Both the position numbers and the translations under genes were made by a program. The notes under the pieces are model-generated. The model worked only from the letters and a program-made list of their open reading frames with translations, was not told the DNA's origin and searched no databases. A stretch of DNA of 64,000 nucleotides, from NCBI RefSeq assembly GCF_009914755.1, contig NC_060941.1; one strand, written 5' to 3'. Of the stretch, positions 39,608 to 58,581 are shown piece after piece. The first letter of the stretch is position 1; every line of letters starts with the position of its first letter. Origin of the DNA: the human T2T-CHM13v2.0 reference genome, Homo sapiens.

Positions 39608-40122
39608 TTAGCTGGGCACAATGGTGCAGTGAGTATATTAGGACTTGTTGATTTGGGTAAAATAAAAACCCTTTATATGATAGACCAACTGTGCTGTAAC
39701 AAATTACACCAGATGGAAGGTAAAGTATCTCAGAATATTCCAATTGCGTTAAAAATAAGGCTGTAATTGTTTGAAATTAAACTTTTATTTGAAACCTTAG
39801 TGGATCCGTAATTGAATGTCTAGAAAACCATGCAACTAAGCCAACTTTCCTGGTGATATAAAGGTGTTACAATGGGGGAAAATATTTTTTAGAACACTTT
39901 CCATTTTTTTATCTAAAAAGCTGTATTCCTGTATTTCCTTATATTTAAAATCTGGCAATATCCATTCCCTGAAATACCAAAAATTGGGTCTTTGGCATGA
40001 CCTACTGACAATTTAGAGAAATGATGAGAGAAGACCAGTTTCAGGTAAGTTTTCAAACCAATATACACTTGGGTGTAAAAAGTTAGTGTAGGTAACAAGT
40101 CACGTATATTTTCCTAAATTGA

Positions 40123-40426
<304 letters not shown>

Positions 40427-40442
40427 CAGATTATGAATTTCT

Positions 40443-40445
<3 letters not shown>

Positions 40446-40494
<49 letters not shown>

Positions 40495-40513
40495 CATATA
40501 TATATATATATAT
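40446..40513. repeat. (TA)n microsatellite
   Basis: About 20 uninterrupted TA units, then interrupted units. Confidence 0.95.
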
Positions 40514-41126
40514 TTTAACACTTGGTAGGAGGTTAAGATGATGGCATAACTTGCTTCAAGAAGTCCCATCCCACCCCTTCCCCTCACACTCCCATACTAG
40601 AGGCAGTGTCTGTGCCTCTGGAGGAAAAATAAGGCACATCTCAAATCTACATAAACACGGGGCAGGTGGTGAGAGGAGAGATGTATGGTTTCTACTGGTA
40701 TTGCCCACTCCGAAAATAAATGGATCATTAAAAACTCTGGAAACTCCCAGAAGCGGAATCACAGCTTAGGATGATCATGGAAGTTTTCCTGTTGGAGCAG
40801 TAGCTAGCCATGGTCAAGGCGGTCTAGACAGAGAGCAGTGTGGGGCTCCGTAAATACCGCACTGACGGAAAACATTAGCTTCCTGAACTGTACAGGTTAT
40901 ACCCAAATAAGTTAATTCCCTCGGTAGGTCTTGCTTTGCCAGCATATTCACTGTAAAACATGTAACAGACACTTAAAATAGAAATCAAGATTACAGGCAA
41001 TATTTTGGAAACCAGGTCTTCCTCAAGCTGTGGGAAAATCTGGGTGGCCCAGATTCCTTCCTTTCTTAAAATACGACTGCTTTTCCTCCCACTCTAGAAA
41101 AGAGGTGGAAATGTTTACATGGATAC

Positions 41127-41221
41127 ATCTGATGTGTTGACACAGCTCTTAGCAATAAGTCCTTCAAAAGGGCGATCTTTTCCTTCAGGTTCTGCAACAA
41201 AGCTCTGATTGTCACGGTAAG
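41127..41221 (-). CDS. STX8: Syntaxin-8 exon 3 (95 nt; LTVTIRALLQNLKEKIALLKDLLLRAVSTHQ + AT)
   Basis: TTCTTTTCTTTTCAG| acceptor, open frame continuous with exon 2, ends at a GTATCCAT (U12-type) donor. Confidence 0.97.
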
Positions 41222-42246
41222 CTGAAAAGAAAAGAACACATCCTAAGTATTCTAGTCCAGAATGTAGAATCCACAAAATTACATCACGTAAACACTACTT
41301 CACGGGCTATGATGCAACCAAGCAAGGGCTGGAAGAGATAGATACTCAGCCCCTCACGACAAACTCAGGGCTGGAAGGAGGCTCAGTGGTGCCCTGGCCC
41401 AGCTGCCAACCTACAGCTTGTACCCGCTCCACAACCTGGCCAAGTGGTGAGCCAAGCCAGACTGGAACCCCGATACTGACTAGAAACTGTCAGTGTGCTC
41501 TCACCATCAGCTGAATCCTGTCACCTGAGCTTCTACCCCATTGATCCTATGTATCTACCTTGGAACCACGCAGGAAATTGTGTTCCCCGAGTCTTCATTT
41601 GAGAGCAAAAACCCACAGTTCTCTGAACCAGGCTTCAAACGACAAAGCATGGAGTCCCATTACCATCCCCACCAGGCTCTCTGAACAACTGGTAAAATTT
41701 ATAACCCAATGAAACGTTTTACGGCAATGTGTTCTTTTTATGCAAGAGGAATGCTAACCACACATGACTCTTTTCCCAGGAGGGTGCGCATTTTCTCCAA
41801 TCATCCTACAGGAAATTTTTGTCCGTGACTCTAACCTGTTACATTAAAGGATGGAGAAGAGGGCGAGAAGAGAGTCTCTCAGGAATTTGGAAATGTGAAA
41901 AAACTGCCTGTGTAAGTTAAAACATATTCAACCACGGATGAAATCAGACATATGTTAAAAACACAGAATACCACAGGTTTCCTTTGCTACCTTGTCAAAA
42001 GCAGCAATTATATAACTCAAGCGGACTCCCTCCTTGGATTTGCAGAATCACACCAAGGAAAACCAGCCAGTGTGTCAGAGACTGGCCCAGACTGCACACA
42101 TCCAGCAGCCCTCCAAGGCACCAGCAGCCAAGAAAAGTCTAACCTGAACTATCCCCATACCCCTGGGAACCAAGGAACAATCACCTACAATGTTGTGGGG
42201 AAACACCAAGGAAAGCAGATCTCTCTACACTCAAAGAGAAAAGAGC

Positions 42247-42599
<353 letters not shown>

Positions 42600-43310
42600 T
42601 CAAAGACAAAAGCATTTGGGAGATGAAAGACGGAGTATGTAGCCATTAAAAATTATGGCTCAAATCTCTATTTGTTCACATAGAAAGATATCCATCACAG
42701 CTTATGAAAAAAACATCAAGTCATAAAATAAAATATCACCCAAACAGAGAAAAAACAACCCAGGAACTAAATACAAACATTGAAACCATGAAAGCACCAT
42801 GGTTCTATCTAAGTAGTGGGATTTTCTAATATTTTATAAGAAAATGATCACTTTTGTAATCAGGAAAAAATGTCATTATCATAATTAAAGACACTTTCTA
42901 GAGCACAAAAAAAGATGGAAAGCCTAATTCACATTTTAAGCTACCATAACCTGGGTAACAAGCACTGACAGAGATAACCACATGTCAATCTTACTTAGGA
43001 ATTATAAATGTAAAAATCTTTTCAAAAAATATTAGCAAAGCAAATTCAGAATTACATTAAAAAGGACCATATACTATCAACAAGTAGAAATTATTCTAGT
43101 AATTTAAGAACAGTTTGATGTTAGAAAAATCTAGTAATAAAGCTCATGGTGTTAATAATTAAAAACAGAATAAACATATGATTAGTACAGTACAGGGGAA
43201 ATTATAAACAAAAGAAACACAAAAAAGAAAGAAAAACTAAGAATAGAACACTACTGCCTTAACTACAATATTATTTAACTTTGCTCTAGAAGTTCTAACC
43301 AATACAATAA

Positions 43311-43767
<457 letters not shown>

Positions 43768-43825
43768 ACTGAAAGATTATTAAAAACAGTAGAGGCCGGG
43801 CTGAAAGACTATTAAAAACAGTAGA

Positions 43826-44123
43826 GGCCAGGTGTGGTGGCTCACACCTGTAATCACAGCACTTTGGGAGGCAGAGGTGGGAGAATCACGAGGTCAGGAG
43901 TTCAAAACCAGCCTGGCCAACATGGTGAAACCCTGTCACTACTAAAAATACAAAAATTAGCTGGGCATGGTGGTGCGCACCTATAATCTCAGTTACTGGG
44001 GAGGCTGAGGCAGGAGAATGGCTTGAACCCAGGAAGCGGAGGTTGCAGTGAGCAAAGATGATGCCACTGTATTCCAGCCTGGGCGACAGAGCAAGACTCC
44101 ATCTCAAAAAAAAAAAAAAAAAA
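43826..44123 (+). mobile_element. AluS
   Basis: Dimeric Alu. Confidence 0.92.
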
Positions 44124-45047
44124 CGGTAGAAGAATTCAATATGGTCATTAGTCATAAAGTGAAAAAAAATCAAGGGCATTCCTAAATTTAAGTAATACCT
44201 AGGGAGAGTTTTTTAAATTGTTATTTTAAAACTTCATTAACAATACCAACAAAATCTAAAAAATATCTAGCACAGTGCCTGGCACATAGTTAACTGTGCA
44301 ATAAATACTGCTGAAGAAACAAAAGGAAACGCTCAATATTGTGAAAATGTAAGTTTTCCCCAATTTAAATCTATAAACATACATGTCTACTTGAAATTCC
44401 ATTTGGAATTCTTTTATTGCAGAAGAGGTGATAATTAAGGCACAGCACAGTTTGGTTTTTTTTTTTTTAAATGAAGTTTTAGAAAATTACTCTGACAGAA
44501 GGATAAATGAAGGAAAATAAAAACCATGAATATGTATAATGTTCATAGGGGCCTTAATCAGATATAAAGTGATTACAAAAAACTACAATAGCTGATGCTG
44601 GCAATCACCAACAGCTTCAGTAGTGCAACATAACAAATGGCCCAGAAACAATGTAGCTGTATAAAAATCCAGTGAATTAAATATGAACTATTTCATATGA
44701 GGGAAAGAAATTCATAATTTAACAAATGGGGAAAAAATAAAATTAGATAGCTATGACACACCAAAGTAAACACCAAGTATTTCAAAGATTTACACACACA
44801 AAACAAAATAACAGAAAAAAAGCTTAAGGAAAATTTACATAATTAAGTATTTATAAAACCTCTGCATGTAAAAGGCCTTTTTAAGCATGATATCCCCTCC
44901 CCCGTTAGAAAAGATCACCAACAAACATGCTGATAATTTCAAATAAAATTTAAAAACCGGTACATGTTTTACAATGTCACTTACAAAATCAAGTTAATAG
45001 AGAAAGCATTTATACTAAATATACCAGATCAAAGCTTAATATAGTTA

Positions 45048-45392
<345 letters not shown>

Positions 45393-45829
45393 AGAATAGA
45401 TATTCAAGACTTAATAAAAAATGCATATTAAACTACTGTAACATAGTATTTTTACCTAGTAGAGATTTTTTTAAAAGATAATCAAAATTGGTGTAGAAAT
45501 GTCATTCTGCAATATATGTGTTCAAAAGGCTTAAAATGTTATACAACCCAAATCCAGAAAGTCTACATTGAAGAATTTATTTCAACATGGGCAATAATTT
45601 GGCTATACTGAAAAATCATTTGTAATTAGAAAGAATCTAACTGTCCAAGAAGATGACACTAGTTAAATAGATAGCAGCCCTTCGTGTAAAAGATGAAACC
45701 ATATATTTAATAGAAGAAAGCAGGAATAAATTTTTTATAACCTGCAAACAGCAAAAACTTAGATATGACTAAATATATGGAAGCAATTAGATTGACAGCC
45801 AACTTCATTTAAAAAAAAAAAAAACTTTC

Positions 45830-46193
<364 letters not shown>

Positions 46194-46859
46194 CTACAAT
46201 TTATCACGAGGAGCTAATCTCCATAATACGTGAGGAGCTCTTAAAAGATCAAGACTAAAAAGGCTAATAATCCAGTAGAAAAATGGGCAAAAGACAAGAC
46301 AGTTCACAGAAAAAAAAAAATATATATATATATATATGGCCCTTAAGCATATGAAAACACACTCCACTTGACTCATTATATGAGAAATACAAATTTAAAA
46401 CGACACTGAAACACCATTTCTCACTTATGAGGTTAACAAAAATTCAGAAGATTCACACACCCTCTGTTGGCCAGGCTGTGAAGAAACAGAAGTGCTCACA
46501 CATTGCTGGTGGGGTGGCAAGAGTGACAACCCCTTTGAGGGGGGATTTCACATCAGGTTAAAAAAAAAATTACATATGCCCTGGTTCTGAGAACTCACCT
46601 TTAAAAGACACCTATGCACATAATTTTTTTAAAGGACAAGGTTATTTACTGCGGTGTTATTCACAACTCAAGACTGGAAGCAATTTAACTGCCTTTCCTT
46701 AGGAGACAGGTTAAATAAAGAATGTTACATCTACGCAATAGAGTACCCATACAGCGCTAAAGAAGAACAAGGAATATGAAATGAAATGTAGAGGTTTCTA
46801 TATTATTAAGTGAAAAGACCAAGATACAAAAGAGTATCTGTCATTCATTCATTCATCCA

Positions 46860-47185
<326 letters not shown>

Positions 47186-47956
47186 CGAAAGAGTATCTTT
47201 TATATAAAAGGAAAAACATAACACACAGACACACAGAGACACACACATACACACGCATAGAGGCTTATTTCTGCATAAAGTAACACAGGAAGAATAAACC
47301 AGAAATTAATGAAAATGGTTATTTAGAAGAAGTAGGTTAAGAAAAGGTAGAAAAGAGAGGAATGGGAACAAGACTTTGAGTGTCACTTTTATATAATTTT
47401 GACTTCTGAACAATGTAAATGTTTTACTTATTTAAAATTAAATTAAAAAGTTGGAAAAAGCAACTCCTGAAAATGAATAAAAACAGAAACAAAGGATAAC
47501 ATAAGACAGAAAAAAAAAGAATCAATTATTGCAAAAGTCCTCAAAAAAATACTGGCAAACCGAATCCAGCAGCACATCAAAAAGCTTATCCACCACGATC
47601 AAGTAGGCTTTATCCCTGGGATGCAAGGTTGGTTCAACATATGCAAATCAAAAAATGTGTTTCATCACACAAACTGAAATAAGACAAAACTTACATGATT
47701 ATCTCAATAGAAGCAGGAAAGGCTTTTGATAAAATTCAACACCACTTCACGTTAAAAACACTCAATAAACTAGGTATTCAAGGAACATACCTCAAAATAA
47801 TAAGAGCCATCTATGACAAACCCACAGCCAACATCATACTTAATGGGCAAAATCTGGCAGCATTCCACTTGAAAACTGGCACAAGACAAGGATGCCCTCT
47901 GCTACCACTCCTATTCAACATAGTATTGGAAGTCCTGACCAGGGCAGTTAGGCAGG

Positions 47957-48090
47957 AGAAAAAGAGGAGAGGAGAGGAGAAAAGAGGTGAGAAAGGAAAG
48001 GAAAAAGGAAAGGGAAGGGAGAGAAAGAGAGAAAGGAAGGAAAAGAAAGAAAAGAAAGAGAGAGAGGAAGGAAGGAAGGAAAAGAAAAGG
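47957..48090. repeat. Purine-rich (GA/GAAA/GGAA) low-complexity expansion inside L1 ORF2
   Basis: Directly visible between the RQEK and GIQIG codons. Confidence 0.85.
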
Positions 48091-48608
48091 CATCCAAATA
48101 GGAAGAGAGGAAATCAAACTATTCCTGTTTGCAGACAACATGATCCTATATCTAGGAAATCTCATACTCCCAGTCCAAAAGCTCATTAAGCTTATAAACA
48201 ACTTCAGCAAAGTCTCAGGATACAAAATCAAAGTGCAAAACATCACTAACATTCCTGTACACCAACAGTCAAGCCAAGGGCCAAATCAGGAATGCACTCC
48301 TATTTACAATTGCCAACAGAAAATAAAATACCTAGGAAGACAGCTAACCATGAGGTAAAGATCTCTACAAGAAGAACTACAAAACACTGCTCAAAGAAAT
48401 CAGAGATGACACAAACAAATGGAAAAACATTCCATGCTCATGGACAGCAAGAAGCAATATCGTTAAAATGGCCATACTGCCCAAAGCAATTTATAGATTC
48501 AATGCCATTCCTATTAAACTACCATTGACATTCTTCACAGAACTAGAAAAAAGTATTTTAAAATTCATATGGAACCAAAAAAGAGCCCAAATAGCCAAGG
48601 CAATCCTA

Positions 48609-48974
<366 letters not shown>

Positions 48975-48977
48975 CTA

Positions 48978-49336
<359 letters not shown>

Positions 49337-50181
49337 TAGAGTACCCAGAAATAAGGCCACACGTACAACTATCCGAGCTTTGACAAAGCTGACAAAAACA
49401 AGCAATGGGGGAAGGATTCCCTATTCAATAAGTGGTGCTGGGATAACTGGCTACCACGTGCAGAAGATAGAAATTGAACTCCTTCCTTACACCACATGCA
49501 AAAATTAACTTCAGATGGATTAAAGACTTAACTGTAAAACCTAAATCTATAAAAACCCTGGAAGACAACCTAGGCAATACTATTCTGGACATAAGAACAG
49601 GCAAAGATTTCAGGACAAAGACATCAAAAGCAATTGCAACAAAAGCAAAAATTGACAAATAGGATCTAATCAACTAAAGAGCTTCTGCACAGAAAAGGAA
49701 ACTATCCACAGAGTGAACAAACAACCTACACATTGTGAGAAAATATTTGCAAGCTATCCATCTGACAAAGATCTAATAGCCAGTATCTATAAGGAACTTA
49801 AGCAAATTTACAAGAAAAATCCACCCCATTAAAAAGCAGACAAAGGACACGAATAGACACTTTTCAAAGGAAGACAGGCATGCTGCCAAAAAAAACAGGA
49901 AAAAAAGCTCAACATCACTGATCATTAGAGAGGTGCAAATCGAAACCACAATGAGATACCATCTCACACCACTCAGCATGGTTATTACTAAAAAGTCAAA
50001 AAATAACAGATGCTCGGGAGGTTGCAGAGCAAAAGGAACACTTATACACTGTTAGTGGGAGTGTAAATCAGTTCAGTCATTGTGGAAGACGGTGTGGCAA
50101 TTCCTCAACGTACTAAAAACAGAAATACTATTTGATTCAGCAATCCCGTTATTGGGTATATCCCCGAAGGAATAGAAATCA

Positions 50182-50541
<360 letters not shown>

Positions 50542-51317
50542 CTATTCACAATAACAAAAGACATAGAATCAACCTGATGCCCACCAATGGTAGACCAGAC
50601 AGAGAAAATGTGGTACATATACACTATGGAATATTATGCCGCCATAAAAAAGATCGAGATCATGTCCTTTGCAGGAACATGAATGGAGCTGAAGGCCATT
50701 ATCCTTAGCAAACTAATGCAGGAACAGAAAACCAAATACCGCATGTTCTCACATTCTGTAGGTTGTTTGTTCACTCTGTTGATATAAGAGAGAGCTAACT
50801 GGTGAGAACATATGGATACATAGGGGGACATGACACACACTGGGGCCTAGCAGAGGGAGGAAGCTGGAAGGAGGAAGAGGATTAGGAAAAATAGTAAGTG
50901 CTAGGCTTCATACCTGGGTGACAAAATAACGTGTACAACAAATCCCCATAACACAAGCTTACCTATACAACAAACCCACATATGTACCCCTGAACTTGAA
51001 AGTTAAAAAATAATTCTAATAACTTTGGAACATAATAACCTCAGCATTCTTAGTAGATTAGTCTACACTTAAAAAGACTCAAATTTTGAACTCAGTGTTT
51101 GTCGTGGTACCTTATAGTAATTTTGAAACCATTTTCTGTAAACTGTAAAATAGACCAAATGAGTAAAAACATACTGATGCTTTTGGAAACTAGGATTCTC
51201 AGTGTGAGAGAAAGAAAATACAAATTTGGAATGTGGAAAATAAGGAAGAAAGGTGTGGTGTTAGATTTGAATCAGAGGCTTCTATTTTCAATCATAGTCA
51301 CAAGTATAAACTTGTGA

Positions 51318-51687
<370 letters not shown>

Positions 51688-52072
51688 TGTTTTTACATTT
51701 TTAATGTAAAATGTAAAAACTATAACTATTCTTGTGGTGAGAATGGAAACTCAAAGACTTGAAGACATTATCTCTTGGCCTGCAAAGACTAAAAGATTTA
51801 TTATCTGTAGGAAGTTTACTAACCCCTGAACTAGACTATAAAATTGTTAGAAATATTTAAAGTAAAACAGGAGAACTTAAATGTGTTATGCCTCATTTAG
51901 TCTCAATGATTACATCACTACTAACTGGTTGGGTGTTATGTCAATTCAACATATGTAAGCAGATAGATCATCATACACACATGTGCACAGACAGCCTCAA
52001 AGAAAGATAGGAGGGTTTTCAGGCCTCAAAACTCAAACAAATCATTGGGTACTAATTCCTTCATGGTATTAC

Positions 52073-52500
<428 letters not shown>

Positions 52501-52599
52501 TTAAGGTTCTTTAAAAGAAATTTTTGCATTGTCTAAGTTTGACATTTTCATTCTAGCCAAAGAATTCAAACAGAGGGGAAGAATAATAACATGACCAGT

Positions 52600-52840
52600 A
52601 AAAGCAACATGGACTGAGCGTTATTTACCATGTGCCAGGCACTATTTTGAAGGCTTCGTTAGTAATAACTCACTTAATCAAAACAGGAACGCTATGAAGT
52701 GGGTACCATTACCATCTCCAACTCACACATGAGAAAAGGAGGCACAAAGAGTTAGAGTGACTTGCCCAAGTGGTTCTGCCTGCTGCAAACCAAGGCCGTC
52801 TGGCCCCAGAGCCGGGGCTCTTAACAACTGTGCTGTTCTG
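52600..52840. mobile_element. MIR
   Basis: Core motif gagaaa..gaggcaca.agag.ttagagtgacttgcccaag. Confidence 0.65.
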
Positions 52841-52849
52841 CCAATGAGA

Positions 52850-53160
52850 AAGCATGTGGGGGGTCTCCGCTGCACTGGGCACTGTTCTGGGCACTGGAGA
52901 AGACGGCAGTAAACAGAATGAACACAGTCCCTCTTTCAAGGAGCTCATATTTTAAGGAAAGAAAGTCATAAAACAATTAAATACATAGTATGTCAGGTGT
53001 TGATAGGTGCTAAGAAGAAAAACGCAGCAGGATAAAGGGACAGAGAGTGATAAGGAGCTGCTACTTAGGATCAGGTGACACCGAGGCAAGGTGAAGAAGC
53101 TGGGCTTGCAGATGCCTGGGGGCGGCTCTAGGGTGCAGGAACAGCAAGTATTGTCTAGCC
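52850..53160 (-). mobile_element. L2 fragment
   Basis: gggcactgttctgggcactggaga...cagtccct.tttcaaggagctca motif. Confidence 0.6.
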
Positions 53161-53368
53161 TAAAACCAAATGCTCCGGGGACAAAGGCCACACACCCACC
53201 TGACATCTGAGCTTGCCAGAATTCTCTCAAAACATTTAATAAGCTTCTAGTTGTCATTCAGCAGCGTTGGAGGCTTTGAAGGGTTCACGGTGAACTCCCA
53301 ATAGCCCCTTATGTTTTGCTTCTCTCAGAGCATTTTTACTTTCTATCATATAGAAAATACTTAAGCAG

Positions 53369-53698
<330 letters not shown>

Positions 53699-54097
53699 TC
53701 ATTTCTCCTATCAGACAGTCTGCTCCTAAAAAGCAGAGACTCTGTGGACTAACATGACCAGCATTATCTTCCAGGACCAGTCCATCACAAAATATCAGAA
53801 ACTCCTGTTGCCCCTAATGTCCTAATTTTTGCTTGAGTAAACAATATATTTTTTAAAACCTTTCAATTCCCACATATCATTTGAACACTGAGGGAACTTG
53901 ATAAGTGTTTTTTTTTAAATGAAGGAAAATGCGCCCATCAATTCCCTTAGGAATCTTACTAGAATAATTATAGCAATAGTAACAGCTGAGTACCTGACCT
54001 GAGCCAGGTCCTATACTAAGAGCTTTACACTGTAAACTTCATAAGGATCCTGAGAGAGGATCCTGAACCACTAACCACTATACTGTAAAGCAGCACC

Positions 54098-54266
54098 ATT
54101 CATGTATATATCATATATATATCACACACATTCACATATATCATATATATCACTGATACATATATTCATATATATCACATACCTATCGTTTATATCATAT
54201 ATACTATATATTCGTATATGTCACATGTATATCATTCATATATATATATTCATGTATTTGTGTGTG
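54098..54266. repeat. (CATATA)n-like AT-rich simple repeat
   Basis: Directly visible. Confidence 0.85.
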
Positions 54267-54934
54267 TAGGGAAAAATAGCAGTGATACAAGAAAACACAG
54301 AATTAAGAAAACAGGAGGCTAATAAGGAAAATTGGGTCCTGGTCCAAACTTTGCCACATTTCACTTTTTTTTCCTCCATATTATCATGAAAAGAGGAGCC
54401 TAGGTCTGGCTCTGGGGTCCAGACCATACATATAAAAATCATCCACATATGGTAAGTTTTGCCTCCTGCCAAATGTGGGATCTAAGTGGTAAGTACGTCT
54501 GGAGTTCAGAGGTGGAAGAGATTACTGCTGGCCAAGGCACTCAGATGGAGAGGGTCCATGAGGTTACATCTGGATGACCACGAAGTTAAAGCAGGTCTCT
54601 TATTCAGACAGGAGGGAGGAGCACATTCTAGACTTAGTGAAAGACAGGGCGAGCAAAGATGAATGGAAGGAAACGTGCCCGGCACATTTGGCTGCGTGGT
54701 GGCCCTGGAAGCCTGTTAAGTATAAAATGGTAGAGATGAGTAGAAGCTAGTTTCTGCAGAGCCTTGAACACCAGTCTAACAAGGTTAGACTTAAAGGAGA
54801 ATTTCAGAGCCATAGAGAACACTTTTACACACAGAGAGTGGCCCTAAAGAGGTTATGAGAAATGCACACAGCTAGCACAAACTCCCAGGTGTCCTGACTC
54901 CAGTCCTTGTGTTGTTATTTTAGCCCTAAAGAGC

Positions 54935-55112
54935 AATAGTTCTGAAACAAGTTGGAATCACTGGGGAATCTTTAAAAAAATAACAATGCCTGGTCCCAAC
55001 CTCAGCATTCTGACTCAACTGGTATGGGGTTTGTCCTGGGCGTGCGTGGGGAGCTTTAAAAGCTCTCCAAGTGATTCCAATCTGCGGTAAAGTCCGGGCG
55101 GGAACCCTTGGC
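54935..55112. mobile_element. MER5A-like
   Basis: gaatcactggggaatctttaaaaaa...ttctgactcaactggt.tgggg...aaaagctc.cca.gtgattc motif. Confidence 0.65.
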
Positions 55113-55173
55113 CTGGGGCAATAGACAACCTCATTACACTATCAAGCACACAGGTGCCTGAAGTACTAGTTTA

Positions 55174-55720
<547 letters not shown>

Positions 55721-56083
55721 CTATTCTAGTTTGTGTATCTTTTACCTTCCAAAATAAAGTTTTTAAAAAGCAATTCAACACAAAGAAGACCATGCTACCA
55801 ACATAAAAAGTCCAATCAGGATATAAAACTATTAAGGTTTAACTGTAATTTTTCTGGAAATGGTACATCATCAACAAATTAGTTACCCTGGAGGTAAAGC
55901 TAATTAACATTAGCAAAGAGCCAGTTCAGAGACAGTGATCATGGGCTCCTTCTGTTAAACAGCGAGCTTACCACTTGCTTTGATAGGCCATTAAAATAGT
56001 AACTGCTATATTCCATTGCTAGACACTGAGGGAGGTGCCAATGACCTATGATTTTAGCAACACAAAGGTAAAGCTGTAGTTGA

Positions 56084-56404
<321 letters not shown>

Positions 56405-56740
56405 TTTTATAGGTTTTTCAAGTCCCTTCCCATACTCCTTTCTACCCCCCTAATCAGCGACCCATTTTGTGCTTTGGGAGCACAGCTGAGTGTCTCACTG
56501 TTTCACTCTCAATAGTCCAATGAGAAAGCCACTTCATCAAACTAATGAAGTATAACAGAAAAAGTCTCAATGCTTTATCAACATTAACTGCGGAAGAAGC
56601 TTGGGGTCCAGTGATAGCTTCCACCAATCTAAATAGATAACTGGGGGCCTGTCCCTTATCTTTGACCTTTATTTCCTACTTGATTTGTAAACTGAGGGAT
56701 TTAGGTTCCAGAAGGTGGAGGGCAACTTAGGAATATGTAT

Positions 56741-57378
56741 TGTAAACCAAAATAAAATTCTAAGCCCACCCCCAACACCCCCCCCCCACCCCCGCAACCA
56801 TCTGAACGGACCCCTACTCTAAGGCAAGGGCATTCCAAAGTTAACCTGAAACACTGGTTCAGGCCATGATGGGAAGAGGGGATCAGACATGCCTCATTAT
56901 ATATCCTCTCCTCCTTTTTGGAATTCAGGAAAAGCCAACCAGCATTAACGTCAATACAGACCTTAAGTCTGATAAGAAACACTTACAATGTATTCTCTCT
57001 AAAGCCTGCTACCCAGAGGCTTCATTTGCATAATAAAATCTTGGTCTCCACTACCCCTTATCATAACCCAGACATTCGTTTCTATTGATAATAACTCAAC
57101 CAATTGCCAATCAGAAAATTTTTCAATCTACTTATGACCTGGAAGCCCCCCACGCCCTTCGAGGTGTCCCTCCCTTCTGGATTGAGCCATCATAAATCTT
57201 ACATGTATTAATTCATGTATTATTCTCCCTAAATTGTATAAAAGCAAGCTGTTCCCCAACCACCTTGGGCACAGGTCTTCAGAACCTCCTGAGGCTGTGT
57301 CATGGGTGCATTCTTAACCTTGGCAAAATAAACTTTCTAAATTGACTGAGACCTGTCTCAGATACTTTGGGGTTCACA
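56741..57378 (+). mobile_element. MER4-group ERV1 solo LTR
   Basis: TG...CA termini (TGTAAACCAAAATAAAATTCTAAG ... GGTTCACA), 4-bp TSD GTAT on both sides, internal TATAAA and AATAAA. Confidence 0.88.
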
Positions 57379-57686
57379 GTATCAAGGGCCTTAAAAATGT
57401 TTATACCCTTGAGCCCAACAGTTCTATTTCACTTTCAACAGTCTAATGAGAAAGCCACTTAGTCAAACTGATTGAGAATAACAAAAAAAGTATAAATGCT
57501 TCACTTTCAACAGTTCTAATTCCTACTTCTAGACAGGGAGCCCAAGGAAATAAGAGATAGAACAAAGGGACTCCCTTTGCAATGATAAAACAAAACAAAA
57601 CATCAGAAAAACAAAAAACTAATAGGAGAAAAATAAATTATGGTCATTCATGTGATGCATTATTTTGCAACATAAGACAATTATGA

Positions 57687-58007
<321 letters not shown>

Positions 58008-58104
58008 TCAAAGAATGTCCAATGACATAGAGAAATGCTGTTTATATTATATATATATAAAAATATAGATTAAAATAACAAATTCATTGTAAAAAAATCA
58101 TTAA

Positions 58105-58581
<477 letters not shown>

